Part shown: positions 27,355-36,495 of the stretch, piece by piece
Numbering within the stretch: position 1 is the stretch's first letter
Layout of the letters: each line of letters starts with the position of its first letter
Source: Candidatus Aldehydirespirator sp.
GTDB taxonomy: Bacteria > Actinomycetota > Acidimicrobiia > Acidimicrobiales > Aldehydirespiratoraceae
Length of the DNA stretch: 64,000 nt
Assembly: GCA_965204875.1 (NCBI GenBank)
Contig: OZ242020.1
Span: 104,992 to 168,991 of the forward strand
Direction of reading: 5' to 3'
Made by a program: the position numbers and the translations under genes
Notes under the pieces: model-generated
Seen by the model: only the letters and a program-made list of their open reading frames with translations
What the model was told of the DNA's origin: nothing
Databases searched by the model: none

Positions 27355-30201
27355 CTATGCCTCCACGCGCTCGATCATCGAGGTGTCAGGCCCCTTGGAC
27401 ACCACGAAGCGCACGGGCATCTCGTCGCCCAGCTCGCTGATGTGGGTGACGATGCACACCATCCGGCCGGACTCGGCCAGGTCGCCGATGGCGCCGGCCA
27501 CGACGCCCAGGGCGTCGGGGTCGAGCGTGCCGAAGCCCTCGTCGAGGAACAGCGAACCGAGCGCCGGACTCCCCGCGGAGGCCGTCTCGCCCCCGCCGTC
27601 GCCGAGCGCCAGAGCCAGAGCGAGGCTCGCCAGGAACGTCTCGCCGCCCGAGAGGGTCTTGGCCCCGCGCACCTCGTCCGCGTTCTGGTGGTCGCAGATC
27701 CCGAAGTCGGGGTCGTCGGGCACAAAGGAGTACTTGCCGTCCGACAGCTCCAGCAGCCGCTCGTTGGCCCGCTCGATCAAGTCCCCGACCGCGCCCACAA
27801 GGAGCCACCGCTCGAACCCGTCGGCCCGCAGCAACCGGCCGAGCTCCGCGGCTACCTCTTCGTCGGCGCGCAACTTGCCGACGCGTGCTTCTAGCTGCTG
27901 ACGCCGACGTAGCTCCTCGGTAGCAGTCTTGTGAGACATCTCGGCATTTGTGACGGCCACCGCCATCTCGCTCACGAAGCGACTCGAGTCGTCGCCGGGC
28001 TCGAAGTGGGCCGAGCACAGGGTTCGTGCGGACGCGATCAGCTCACGCTCGCGGCCCTGCGCGTCGCGCGCCCGGCGCTCGGCCGCCTCTGACTGCCTGG
28101 CGACCGCGGCCAGCGTCTCGATGGCCCAGGCGGCCAGGTCCTCCCAGTCCTGCAGCAACGACGCCTCAGGTGCCGGTGGCGACAGTGGAGCCAACTCGTC
28201 GCGCCTGGCGCCGTAGTCGCGCCGCGCTCGCTGTTCGTCGGCCTCTAGAGCCTCTAGCGCCTTGACCGCTTGCTGCTTGCGCTCATGGGCAGTCTGTTCT
28301 GCGGCCTCGGCCTTCTGCCGGGCGGCGGCCAGAGCCCCGGCCCGCTCGATGTCCGCCTCAAGCTGGGCTACCTCGGGCTCTCCGGCCAAACGCTCTTCGA
28401 GTTCCTGGCACTGCCGCTGGCAGCTGTCCCGATCTGCCTCGACCTTCGCCTTCTCGACCTCGGCATCCTGCTCCGCCCTAAGGCAGTCCCGCGTCTCGGC
28501 AGCATCTCGCAGGTCGCGCTCGGCCTGCTCCGCGGCCTGCCGCGCAGCGCTGCACCGCTCCGCTTCGGCAGCAAGCTCGTCGGCCTGTGATTCGAGACGG
28601 TCCAGCTCGACCCCGTCCGGCTGGCCCTGAAGCTCGTGCTGCAGCGTCTTCTCTCGCGCCGATAGCTGCTGCAACTGTGACGAGAGGCGTGCCGAGGCGC
28701 TGCGCAACTCAACAAGGGCGTCGGCCGCGCGTTCAACTTCGGACTGGGCGCGGCGGTGGTCAACATCGAGCCTGGCAAGCTCAGCGTCCGGGTCGTGTTC
28801 GGGAAGTTCCACGACCGTCCGGCGGCACACGGGGCACGGTTCACCCTCTCGCAACTGCGTAACCAGTCCCTCGGCCTGCTTGAGCGCACGAGCGAGATCG
28901 AGCCGCTCCACTGCCTTCGACAAGACCCCCTTGGCCGCCGACTGCTCGGCCTGCGCCGACTGCTCGGCCGCAACAGCACGTTCATGCTCAACTGCACGAT
29001 CGGCCACCTGCGGTGCCAGCTCTTCCAGTTCGGCCCGCAACGCGCGCACCCGCTCGATCTGGCCCCGATCCGGACCGCCGGCTGCGGAGTCGAGCGCCTG
29101 CTCAGCCGCACGACGCGCCGCAGCCGCTGCGCCCTCAGCCTCAGCCAGTCGCTCACGCACGACTTCGGCGGCCGCGACCGCTTCCCCGGCGACACGCTCC
29201 GCCTCGCCGGCGCGCTCCTGCAGGGAATCCAGCCGGCCCCGCTCTGCGTCGAGACGCCCGTGATCATCGAGAAGCCTCCGACACTGCCCCACGCTGGGAC
29301 CCTCGTCTGCCTCACGGCGCGCCCCGGTCGCGGCATCGCGCGCCTCCTCGTATTTCGCCGCGGCGCCGTCGCTTGCCTCACGAGCCGCCTGAAGCTCGGC
29401 GTCGAGCCGTTGCACGGCGCCTGGCACCGCCTTGCTACGGGCGAGCACCTTCCCAGCGGCGGCGAGGCGCGACATCTCGCCCTCGGCCGCCTTGCGATCA
29501 GCAACAGCCACCTCGAGCTGCTCCATCCGGGCTTCGAGCTCTGCCTGGGCGGCGCGTGCGGCCTCGGCAAGCCCGGCAAGCTCGGTGACCCGTTCAGCGG
29601 TCGGCGCCTCACGCTCGAGTTCGGGCCGCAGCGCCGCGATCTGATCCCGGGCCGTGGCGGCCCGCCTGCGAGCCTCGGCACCCACGCGGTCGTAGATGCC
29701 CAGGCCGATGAGGTGTTTCAGCAGTTCCTGGCGGTCGGCGGCCTTGTCGTGCAGGAACTCCGCGAAACGGCCCTGCGGCAGCACCACGGTCTTGGTGAAG
29801 CGGTCGAAGTCGAGGCCCAGGAGCCCCTCAACGGCGGGGCCCATCTCGCGGGCGCTGCCGGCCAGGGTCTGCTCGCCTCGCTCCAGGCGGGCCTCCCTGG
29901 TGGAGGCGCCGGCGGCGGTCCGGCGAACCACGCGCGTCGCCGTGTACGCCTCGCCGCCCGCCTCGAAGTCGAGGGAGACCCGCGCCTCCGCCGCCAGCTG
30001 GTTGATGACCGGTGCCACGGCCCGGGCGTCGTCGTAGCGGGCCACGGTTCCGAACAGGGCGAAGGTGATGCCGTCGATGATCGTGGTCTTGCCGGATCCG
30101 GTAGGCCCCACGAGGGCTGCCTGCTCCACATCGCTGAAGTCCACCGCGGTGTCGGAGCGGAAGCTGCCGAAGCCCCTCAGGCTCAACTTCAAGGGCCTCA
30201 T
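27355..30201 (-). CDS. sbcC: SbcC / Rad50-like SMC ATPase
   Basis: Walker A GPTGSGKTT, long coiled coils, a central zinc hook CPVC, signature LSGGETFLASLALALAL, Walker B LFLDEGFGTLD. Confidence 0.9.
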   Translation of the reverse strand: MRPLKLSLRGFGSFRSDTAVDFSDVEQAALVGPTGSGKTTIIDGITFALFGTVARYDDARAVAPVINQLAAEARVSLDFEAGGEAYTATRVVRRTAAGASTREARLERGEQTLAGSAREMGPAVEGLLGLDFDRFTKTVVLPQGRFAEFLHDKAADRQELLKHLIGLGIYDRVGAEARRRAATARDQIAALRPELEREAPTAERVTELAGLAEAARAAQAELEARMEQLEVAVADRKAAEGEMSRLAAAGKVLARSKAVPGAVQRLDAELQAAREASDGAAAKYEEARDAATGARREADEGPSVGQCRRLLDDHGRLDAERGRLDSLQERAGEAERVAGEAVAAAEVVRERLAEAEGAAAAARRAAEQALDSAAGGPDRGQIERVRALRAELEELAPQVADRAVEHERAVAAEQSAQAEQSAAKGVLSKAVERLDLARALKQAEGLVTQLREGEPCPVCRRTVVELPEHDPDAELARLDVDHRRAQSEVERAADALVELRSASARLSSQLQQLSAREKTLQHELQGQPDGVELDRLESQADELAAEAERCSAARQAAEQAERDLRDAAETRDCLRAEQDAEVEKAKVEADRDSCQRQCQELEERLAGEPEVAQLEADIERAGALAAARQKAEAAEQTAHERKQQAVKALEALEADEQRARRDYGARRDELAPLSPPAPEASLLQDWEDLAAWAIETLAAVARQSEAAERRARDAQGRERELIASARTLCSAHFEPGDDSSRFVSEMAVAVTNAEMSHKTATEELRRRQQLEARVGKLRADEEVAAELGRLLRADGFERWLLVGAVGDLIERANERLLELSDGKYSFVPDDPDFGICDHQNADEVRGAKTLSGGETFLASLALALALGDGGGETASAGSPALGSLFLDEGFGTLDPDALGVVAGAIGDLAESGRMVCIVTHISELGDEMPVRFVVSKGPDTSMIERVEA

Positions 30202-30349
30202 CGCGGCGCCTCCGCGCCCCCGGCACGCCTGCGAGCGAGTGCCGCAGGAACGCTCCGAACCGGGTCAGGCCTCATCGCGGCGCCTCCGCGCCCCCGGCAC
30301 GCCTGCGAGCGAGTGCCGCAGGAACGCTCCGAACCGGGTCGGGCCTCAT
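30196..30349 (-). repeat. Two tandem 74-bp units between sbcD and sbcC
   Basis: cat (ATG) recurs at 30199, 30273 and 30347. The two units are nearly identical, differing only at about 30267/30341 (a/g). Confidence 0.9.
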
Positions 30350-31527
30350 CGCAGCGTCTCTGCCCGATCGGCCTCGTGCTGTTCCTCCAGCAGCGCGACG
30401 AACAGCGACCTCACCCGCCCGTCCGCGATGTTGCGCTCGGCCAGGTACTCGTCGAAGAGCTCGACGCTGCCGCGCCCGGATCGCGCGGACCGGCGGCGCC
30501 GAGGTTGCGAGTCGTCCTCGACGCGCACGTCCACCACGCTCTCACCGCGTGCGCCCAGCGCCTCGCGCACCTCTCCGGCAAGGCCGGCCCGCCGCGGCTC
30601 CCGCACGATCACCCTCAGCCACGGGTCTCCCTCAAGCTCCGCGGCGGCCCCGGCGACCTCCGCCAGCGTGCCCGACAGCGTGCGCAGCGACCGGCCGCCC
30701 CCCAGCCGCAGCGGCGTCACCGCCGGGGGCAGGCCGGCCTCAATCTCGACCAGGTTCACCTGCTTGTGGTGCTGCTCCTCGCCGAAGTCGAGCTGCAGGG
30801 GCGACCCGCAATAGTGGATCTGGCCAGGCCCGGCGATCCTCTGGGGCCGGTGCACGTGGCCGAGTGCCACATATCCCGCCGTGGCCGGAAAGACCTGGGC
30901 GCTCAGCGCGTACTCGTCGACGAAGTGCACGGCCCGCTCGCCGCCCCCGAGCCTGCCGCCGTGCACGAAGGCGTGCGCCATCAACACGTTGACCGTGCCG
31001 GGCTCGAAGCCCCCGGCCAGCACCTCGATCAGCAGCCGCATGCGCTCGGCATAGGCCTGCGCGTGCTCGTAGGCCTCGGAGTCCATCAGGTCCCTGGCGC
31101 GGACGATGCCGCGCCGTGACACGAACGGCAGCATGGCCACGCAGGCGTCCTCGCCCCGGCGCGTCCGCAAGCGCAGCACGCCGCCGTCGCCGGGCCTGCT
31201 CGGCTCGGCAACCACATGCACGCGCCCGGCGGCCTCGAACACGGGCGCCACGGCTGCGAGCTTGCGACCGCTGTCGTGGTTGCCGGCGATCACCGCCACC
31301 TGTGCGCCTGTGCCGGCCAGGTCCAGCAGCGCCCGGTACACGATCCTCTCCGCCTCGGCCGACGGCGCGGAGGTCTCGAACACGTCGCCCGCCACGAGCA
31401 CCAGGTCTACCGAGTGCTCACCGGCCAGGCGGGCGATCTCGGCCAGCACCGCCTGATGCTCGCCGGCGCGGCTTCGCCCCCGGATCGTCTTGCCGACGTG
31501 CCAGTCGCTGGTGTGCAGCAGTTTCAT
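30346..31527 (-). CDS. sbcD: SbcD / Mre11-like nuclease
   Basis: MKLLHTSDWHVGK...LVAGDVFE...IAGNHD phosphoesterase motifs. I prefer the start at 31527 (MKLLHTSDWH) over the listed 31608. Confidence 0.9.
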   Translation of the reverse strand: MKLLHTSDWHVGKTIRGRSRAGEHQAVLAEIARLAGEHSVDLVLVAGDVFETSAPSAEAERIVYRALLDLAGTGAQVAVIAGNHDSGRKLAAVAPVFEAAGRVHVVAEPSRPGDGGVLRLRTRRGEDACVAMLPFVSRRGIVRARDLMDSEAYEHAQAYAERMRLLIEVLAGGFEPGTVNVLMAHAFVHGGRLGGGERAVHFVDEYALSAQVFPATAGYVALGHVHRPQRIAGPGQIHYCGSPLQLDFGEEQHHKQVNLVEIEAGLPPAVTPLRLGGGRSLRTLSGTLAEVAGAAAELEGDPWLRVIVREPRRAGLAGEVREALGARGESVVDVRVEDDSQPRRRRSARSGRGSVELFDEYLAERNIADGRVRSLFVALLEEQHEADRAETLR

Positions 31528-31582
31528 CGCCGCACCCGCCGCAGCCGGGCAACCACGCCGGCGCGCCGCGCCTGTTGCAGCC

Positions 31583-33346
31583 TCACGCCAGGCCCTCGAA
31601 AGGGTCATCGGGCTGTGCGGGGCCGCCGGCGCCGGGAGGCAGGGAGGGATCGACCTCGGCTGAGCGGGTGGCCCAGGCCGGGAACGGGAACTCCACCAGC
31701 AGCGGCACCGGCAGGCGGGGCTGGGACACGTACATCGAGCCGGGCTTGAGGATCGTGGCCCGCTGGCGCTGCACGCCGGGCAGGAACCCGTACTGCTCGC
31801 GGCCCGCCTCGGCGCTGTCGAGGCGCCCGACCACGCGCACGGCGCTGTTGGCCACCACCCGCCGCTCCACCTCGCTGGCCGTCTGCTGGGCGCCGATCAG
31901 GATGATCCCGAGGCTGCGTCCCCGCTCGGCCACGTCCAGCAGGATCTCCTTGATGGGGCTGCTGCCGTCGCGGGGCGCGTACTTGTTGAGCTCGTCGAGC
32001 ACCACGAACTGCAGCGGCTTGGAGGTTCCGCTGCTCTCCTTGGCCTCGAAGGCCTGGCGCAGCACGACGCCGACCACGAAACGCTTGGCCCGGTCGTGGA
32101 GCTGATGTATGTCCACCACGGTGAGCTGGTTGGAGTCCAGGTCGATCGCGTGGGCCGGGGCGTCCGCCACGTCGGCGCGTATCAGATGGTGGAGGTGGCG
32201 CACCGAGGCGTGCAACCGGCGAACGAAGGCGTTGATCGTGCCGGGGCCGATGGCCCGCCCGCTCCAGCGCGGGTCCGGCGCCTGGTCGGGATCGTCGGGG
32301 ATCAGCTGCCGCTCGATGGCGTTCACAAGCTCGCCGAAGCGCCGGATCGTGCTCTTGCCGATGCGCACCGACCCGTCCGCCGCCGCGGTCCTATCGGCGC
32401 ACCGGGCCAGCTGCGCCGCCACCGACTGCACGACGATGGTGTACTGCTGGCGCTCGTCCTGGGCGTCCGCGAACAGGAAGGGCAGCAGCTGCTGCGAGCA
32501 GAAGTCGGCGATGCTCCAGAAGTAGGGGCGCACCCCGTAGTGCCGGGCGCCGGTGGCGGGGGTGGCGTTGGGGTCGTTGGGGCGGGGCGGCGCCAGGACG
32601 CCGACCGAGGTGAAGGGAGCGGGCTGGAGCCCCAGCGCCGCGTAGCGCTGTCGCTGGTCGGGTTCGAGGCGGGCGTTGGGGTGGTCCAGGAAGAGCAGGT
32701 CCTCGCCCTTGACGTTGAAGATCAGGCCCTTGGTGTGCATGGCCTCGCCCGCGAGCACACCCGAGTTGAACAGCGCGTACAGCAGGAACGTGGCGTAGCT
32801 GGTCTTGGTGGCGACGCCGGAGATGCCGCTGATGTTGATGTGGGCGCCCTTGGTGCCGTCGATGAAGTCGAGGTCGAGGTAGATGGGCTCGTCGTAGCGG
32901 CTCAGGCCCGCAGGAAGGCGGCGATCCGGCTCGACCTCATCGAAGTCCAGGGCCGCGTCGCGCTCCTCGCCGGCGGCGAGGCGCACCTCCGAACCGGGCA
33001 GCGGCGGCACGAACGTCTCCGGCACCACCCTGGTGAGCTGCACCTGCGCGGCCTCGCTCACCTCGGCCGGCAGCACGCCGTCGGCGATCAGGAAGACGTC
33101 GCTGTCGAAGCGGGCGCCCTCGTGGCGGGCCCGCACCTGGCTGACGACGCCGTAGAGGCAGATCCGGTCATCGTTGGGCAGCACCCGGTCTATCGCCACC
33201 ACGTCATCGAGCTGCAGGTGCGAGCCGGGTGCCACGGCCACCCAGAACTCGAGCGGCGTGGCGTCGTCGGTGCCGAGCACCCGGCCCACCACCTCGCTCA
33301 CGGCAACCTCTCCATCAATGTGCTCTTCATCAAGATGAAGGTACAA
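31583..33346 (-). CDS. herA: HerA-like (DUF87, FtsK/HerA superfamily) ATPase
   Basis: An N-terminal barrel-like region, a deviant Walker A GISGVATKTS, Walker B FVVLDELNKY, and a C-terminal LGIILIGAQQTASEV segment typical of HerA. Confidence 0.75.
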   Translation of the reverse strand: MYLHLDEEHIDGEVAVSEVVGRVLGTDDATPLEFWVAVAPGSHLQLDDVVAIDRVLPNDDRICLYGVVSQVRARHEGARFDSDVFLIADGVLPAEVSEAAQVQLTRVVPETFVPPLPGSEVRLAAGEERDAALDFDEVEPDRRLPAGLSRYDEPIYLDLDFIDGTKGAHINISGISGVATKTSYATFLLYALFNSGVLAGEAMHTKGLIFNVKGEDLLFLDHPNARLEPDQRQRYAALGLQPAPFTSVGVLAPPRPNDPNATPATGARHYGVRPYFWSIADFCSQQLLPFLFADAQDERQQYTIVVQSVAAQLARCADRTAAADGSVRIGKSTIRRFGELVNAIERQLIPDDPDQAPDPRWSGRAIGPGTINAFVRRLHASVRHLHHLIRADVADAPAHAIDLDSNQLTVVDIHQLHDRAKRFVVGVVLRQAFEAKESSGTSKPLQFVVLDELNKYAPRDGSSPIKEILLDVAERGRSLGIILIGAQQTASEVERRVVANSAVRVVGRLDSAEAGREQYGFLPGVQRQRATILKPGSMYVSQPRLPVPLLVEFPFPAWATRSAEVDPSLPPGAGGPAQPDDPFEGLA

Positions 33347-33426
33347 CAGGCGTGTGACAGCGGTTCTCGCACCGGCCCCGTGCGGCGCTGAGACCCTCAG
33401 GCGGGCTCGGGCAGGCTGCAGGGGCG

Positions 33427-34836
33427 CTACAGCGGCGCCACGGGATCGAGTGCCAGGAGGTCCTCGAGCACGGCAAGCGTCTCGAGCACGGCCAGGTCGT
33501 CGACCTGGTGGCCCATTGCCTGCAGGCCGATGGGCATCCCGTCGGCTGCGAAGCCGCAGCAGACCGTGCCCGCGGGCCGGCGTGTCAGGTTGGCCAGCGG
33601 AGTGAACCGCACCCAGTCCGGGGTGGGCTCGCCGTCGATGGTGCCCATCCCCTCGGCCACCGGGGTCTGACCCGCCACGGTCGGCAGCAGCAGCACGTCG
33701 TAGCCGGCCATCATCTCGGCCAGCTCCACCGACAGCTCACCGCAACGCTGCCGAGCCTCGAACATCGACGACACCGTGGTCGTGTCGAGGTTGTCCTCCA
33801 TCCAGCCGGCCAGCAGCGGCGTGACATGGTCCCAGTCGGCGGTACCGCGCAGCGGGCCATACAAAGGCGCGAGCCCGCCCCCGAAGAACAGCGCCAGGAA
33901 CGCCGGCATCCCCCTGTCGAGCACAGTCGACGCCTCGGTGACCTCCACACCCGCAGCGGCCAAGCGCTCGACGGCGCTCGCACAGCTGGCCGCGATCTCC
34001 GAGTCGACCGCGCCGCCGTCTATCGAAGGCGCCCACAGCACCCGGCGAGGCGGCTGCGGGGAGTCGAGCGCGTCACGCCAGGAGCGGTCCGGCGCGGGCA
34101 GGCTGCGAAGGTCGGCCGGATCGGGGCCGGTCACAGCGTCCAGGCACAGCGCCACGTCACGGATGCGCCGAGCCATCGGCCCCACGCACGACAAGTCCCC
34201 CAGGCCAAGGGGCGGCGGGCCGCTCGGGACCCTGCCCTGGCTGGTCTTGATGCCCGACAGGCCGCAGACCGACGAGGGGATGCGTATCGAGCCCCCGCCG
34301 TCGGAGCCGGTGCCGACCGGGATCATCCCGGCGGCCAGAGCCGCCGCGGTGCCGCCGGACGACCCGCCGGGCGAACGCCGGGTGTTCCACGGATTGAGAG
34401 CGGCCCCGAACAGGGGGCTGTAGGTGTCCATCATGCAGCCCTGCTCGGGTGTGTTGGTCTTGCCGATCACAACGCACCCGGCGGCGCGCAGGCGGGCCAC
34501 CTCGGTCGCGTCGCGCTCGGCCGCCGCGGCGTGCCTCAGGTGCATGGCGCCCCTGGTGGTGACGAAGCCGGCGGCGTCGGCCAGGTCCTTCACACCGATG
34601 GGGATGCCGGCCAGCGGGCCGGGGTCGCGGCCGGCGTCCAGCTGCTCGTCGAGCGCCGCGGCCTGCGCCCTGGCATTGTCCGCGTCCACCGCCACGAACG
34701 CGTTGACGGCACCGTTGAGCGCCTCGATGCGCTCGAGCGCATGCTCGGTCACGGCCGCCGCGCTGAGCGCGCGCTCGCGCACCAGAGCCGCCAAGGCCTC
34801 CACCGTCACACTGCGAAAATCCGGCACCTCTGTCAT
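33427..34836 (-). CDS. Amidase (amidase-signature family)
   Basis: GGSSGG signature (SPGGSSGGTAAALAAG) and a length of about 470 aa. Confidence 0.85.
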   Translation of the reverse strand: MTEVPDFRSVTVEALAALVRERALSAAAVTEHALERIEALNGAVNAFVAVDADNARAQAAALDEQLDAGRDPGPLAGIPIGVKDLADAAGFVTTRGAMHLRHAAAAERDATEVARLRAAGCVVIGKTNTPEQGCMMDTYSPLFGAALNPWNTRRSPGGSSGGTAAALAAGMIPVGTGSDGGGSIRIPSSVCGLSGIKTSQGRVPSGPPPLGLGDLSCVGPMARRIRDVALCLDAVTGPDPADLRSLPAPDRSWRDALDSPQPPRRVLWAPSIDGGAVDSEIAASCASAVERLAAAGVEVTEASTVLDRGMPAFLALFFGGGLAPLYGPLRGTADWDHVTPLLAGWMEDNLDTTTVSSMFEARQRCGELSVELAEMMAGYDVLLLPTVAGQTPVAEGMGTIDGEPTPDWVRFTPLANLTRRPAGTVCCGFAADGMPIGLQAMGHQVDDLAVLETLAVLEDLLALDPVAPL

Positions 34837-34858
34837 CGCATCGCCCTCCCGTCAGGCG

Positions 34859-34913
34859 TCCACCGAATGTGATCCACCGAATGTAATCCACCGAATGTAA
34901 TCCACCGAATGTA
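34859..34913. repeat. Four tandem copies of the 14-bp unit tccaccgaatgtNa between murF and the amidase gene
   Basis: Read directly from the sequence: gtccaccgaatgtga tccaccgaatgtaa tccaccgaatgtaa tccaccgaatgta. The array ends about 25 nt upstream of the amidase start. Confidence 0.9.
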
Positions 34914-34946
34914 TGCGGAGATCAGGGTGCGTCGAGCGCAGCGCGA

Positions 34947-36374
34947 TCAGCAGCTGATCAGGCGCTCCAGCAGGCGCTCCAGCCCCGCCACCCGCGATGC
35001 CTTGACCAGCAGGACGTCGCCGGATCGGGGCCAGCCCAGCCGGCGCAGCGCCCCGAAAGCGCCGTCGATGTCCGCCGTCTCGGCCATCACGCCGCCTCCC
35101 AGCGAGTACTCCGCAGCGTTGACCGTCACGATCCCGACGCCGAGGCCCGCAGCCGCCGCGCCGATCTCTGCATGCGCCTCCTCGGAGAAGTCGCCCAGCT
35201 CTGCCATCGTGCCCAGCACCGCAAGCCGGCGCCGGGCCGGAAGCGCCGCCAGAGCCTCGAGCGCGGCCCGCATGGAGGCGGGATTGGCGTTGTAGCAGTC
35301 ATCGATCAGGCGCGCGCCGCTGGCGCTGCGCAACAGTTCCATGCGATGCGGCGAGAGGGTCGGCTCGGCCAGTCCCGCCGCCACCTCGTCGGGCGCCACA
35401 CCGAGGTGCAGCGCGACCGCGGCCGCGGCGAGCGCGTTGTCCACCAGATGGGCGCCCCTGGCCCCGAGCACCACGGGCTGCTGCCCATATGGGCTGCACA
35501 GAGTGAACCGGGGCGTCAACTCGTCGTCGATAGTGACGTCCCGAGCCGACACCTCGCCACCGGCGCCGTATGTGACCACCTTCGCACGGGTGCCGGCGGC
35601 CATCGCCGCGACCCTGGGCGCGCCGGCGTTCAAGAAGGCCGCGCCGCCCTCCGCCGCGGGCGGCAGCGCCTCCACCAGCGCCCGCTTGGCCGCCGCCACC
35701 GACTCCAGGGTAAGGAACTCGCTGGTGTGGGCCAGGCCCACATTGGTCACCACGCCCATGTTCGGCCTGGCCAGATCGCACAGCGAGGCGATGTGGCCGG
35801 GGCCTCTCGCCCCCATCTCGACCACCAGCGCCTGGACACCCTCCGGTGCCGACAGGATCGTGATGGGGACGCCGATCTCGTTGTTGAACGACCGCCTGCT
35901 CGCCCACACAAGCCGCGAGCGGCCGAGCACGGCGGCCAAGAGGTCCTTGGTGGTGGTCTTGCCGACCGAGCCCGTGATCCCCACCACCGCAGGGTTCCCG
36001 AGCCTGCGGCGCGCCTCGGCGGCGAGGTCGCGCAGCGCCCGGGCCGTGTCGTCGACCCTCACCGCGGCCGCTCCCGCGACCGCGGGCTCCCGGGCCGTGA
36101 GGTAGCCGGCCGCGCCCCGTGACACGGCGTCAGCTATGAAGTCATGCCCGTCGCGCGCGGCGACCAGCGGCACGAACAGCATGCCGGGCCGCACGTCGCG
36201 GCTGTCGTGGGCAACCCCGTCCAGGGTCGCGTCAGCGGAGCCCGAGCACACACGGCCCCCGGTAGCGTCCGCGACCTGCTCAGCCGTCCAGCGCACGCCC
36301 GCGATTGTGCCATGAGCCGGACCTGTCACAGCCGAGCCGGCCCAGCCCAGGAGACCGCCTCGCGTGATCGCCAC
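34947..36374 (-). CDS. murF: UDP-N-acetylmuramoyl-tripeptide--D-alanyl-D-alanine ligase
   Basis: Mur ligase P-loop GITGSVGKTTTKDLL and a MurF-like length and domain order. The start is uncertain; an internal GTG near 36296 is possible. Confidence 0.85.
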   Translation of the reverse strand: MAITRGGLLGWAGSAVTGPAHGTIAGVRWTAEQVADATGGRVCSGSADATLDGVAHDSRDVRPGMLFVPLVAARDGHDFIADAVSRGAAGYLTAREPAVAGAAAVRVDDTARALRDLAAEARRRLGNPAVVGITGSVGKTTTKDLLAAVLGRSRLVWASRRSFNNEIGVPITILSAPEGVQALVVEMGARGPGHIASLCDLARPNMGVVTNVGLAHTSEFLTLESVAAAKRALVEALPPAAEGGAAFLNAGAPRVAAMAAGTRAKVVTYGAGGEVSARDVTIDDELTPRFTLCSPYGQQPVVLGARGAHLVDNALAAAAVALHLGVAPDEVAAGLAEPTLSPHRMELLRSASGARLIDDCYNANPASMRAALEALAALPARRRLAVLGTMAELGDFSEEAHAEIGAAAAGLGVGIVTVNAAEYSLGGGVMAETADIDGAFGALRRLGWPRSGDVLLVKASRVAGLERLLERLISC

Positions 36375-36495
36375 GAAGGCGGAGCAGGCGGATCAACGGC
36401 CCAGGACTGTCCGGCTAACGTCCCAGAACAGTCCGGCGGTTGCGCAGAACAGACCGATCAAGAGCCCGCAACCCGCCGGCGATAGCGTCGCTGAC

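Noticed and set aside
28756-31119. 787-aa plus-strand ORF
   Set aside because: It is antisense to sbcC and sbcD, whose Walker, zinc-hook and phosphoesterase motifs are unambiguous.
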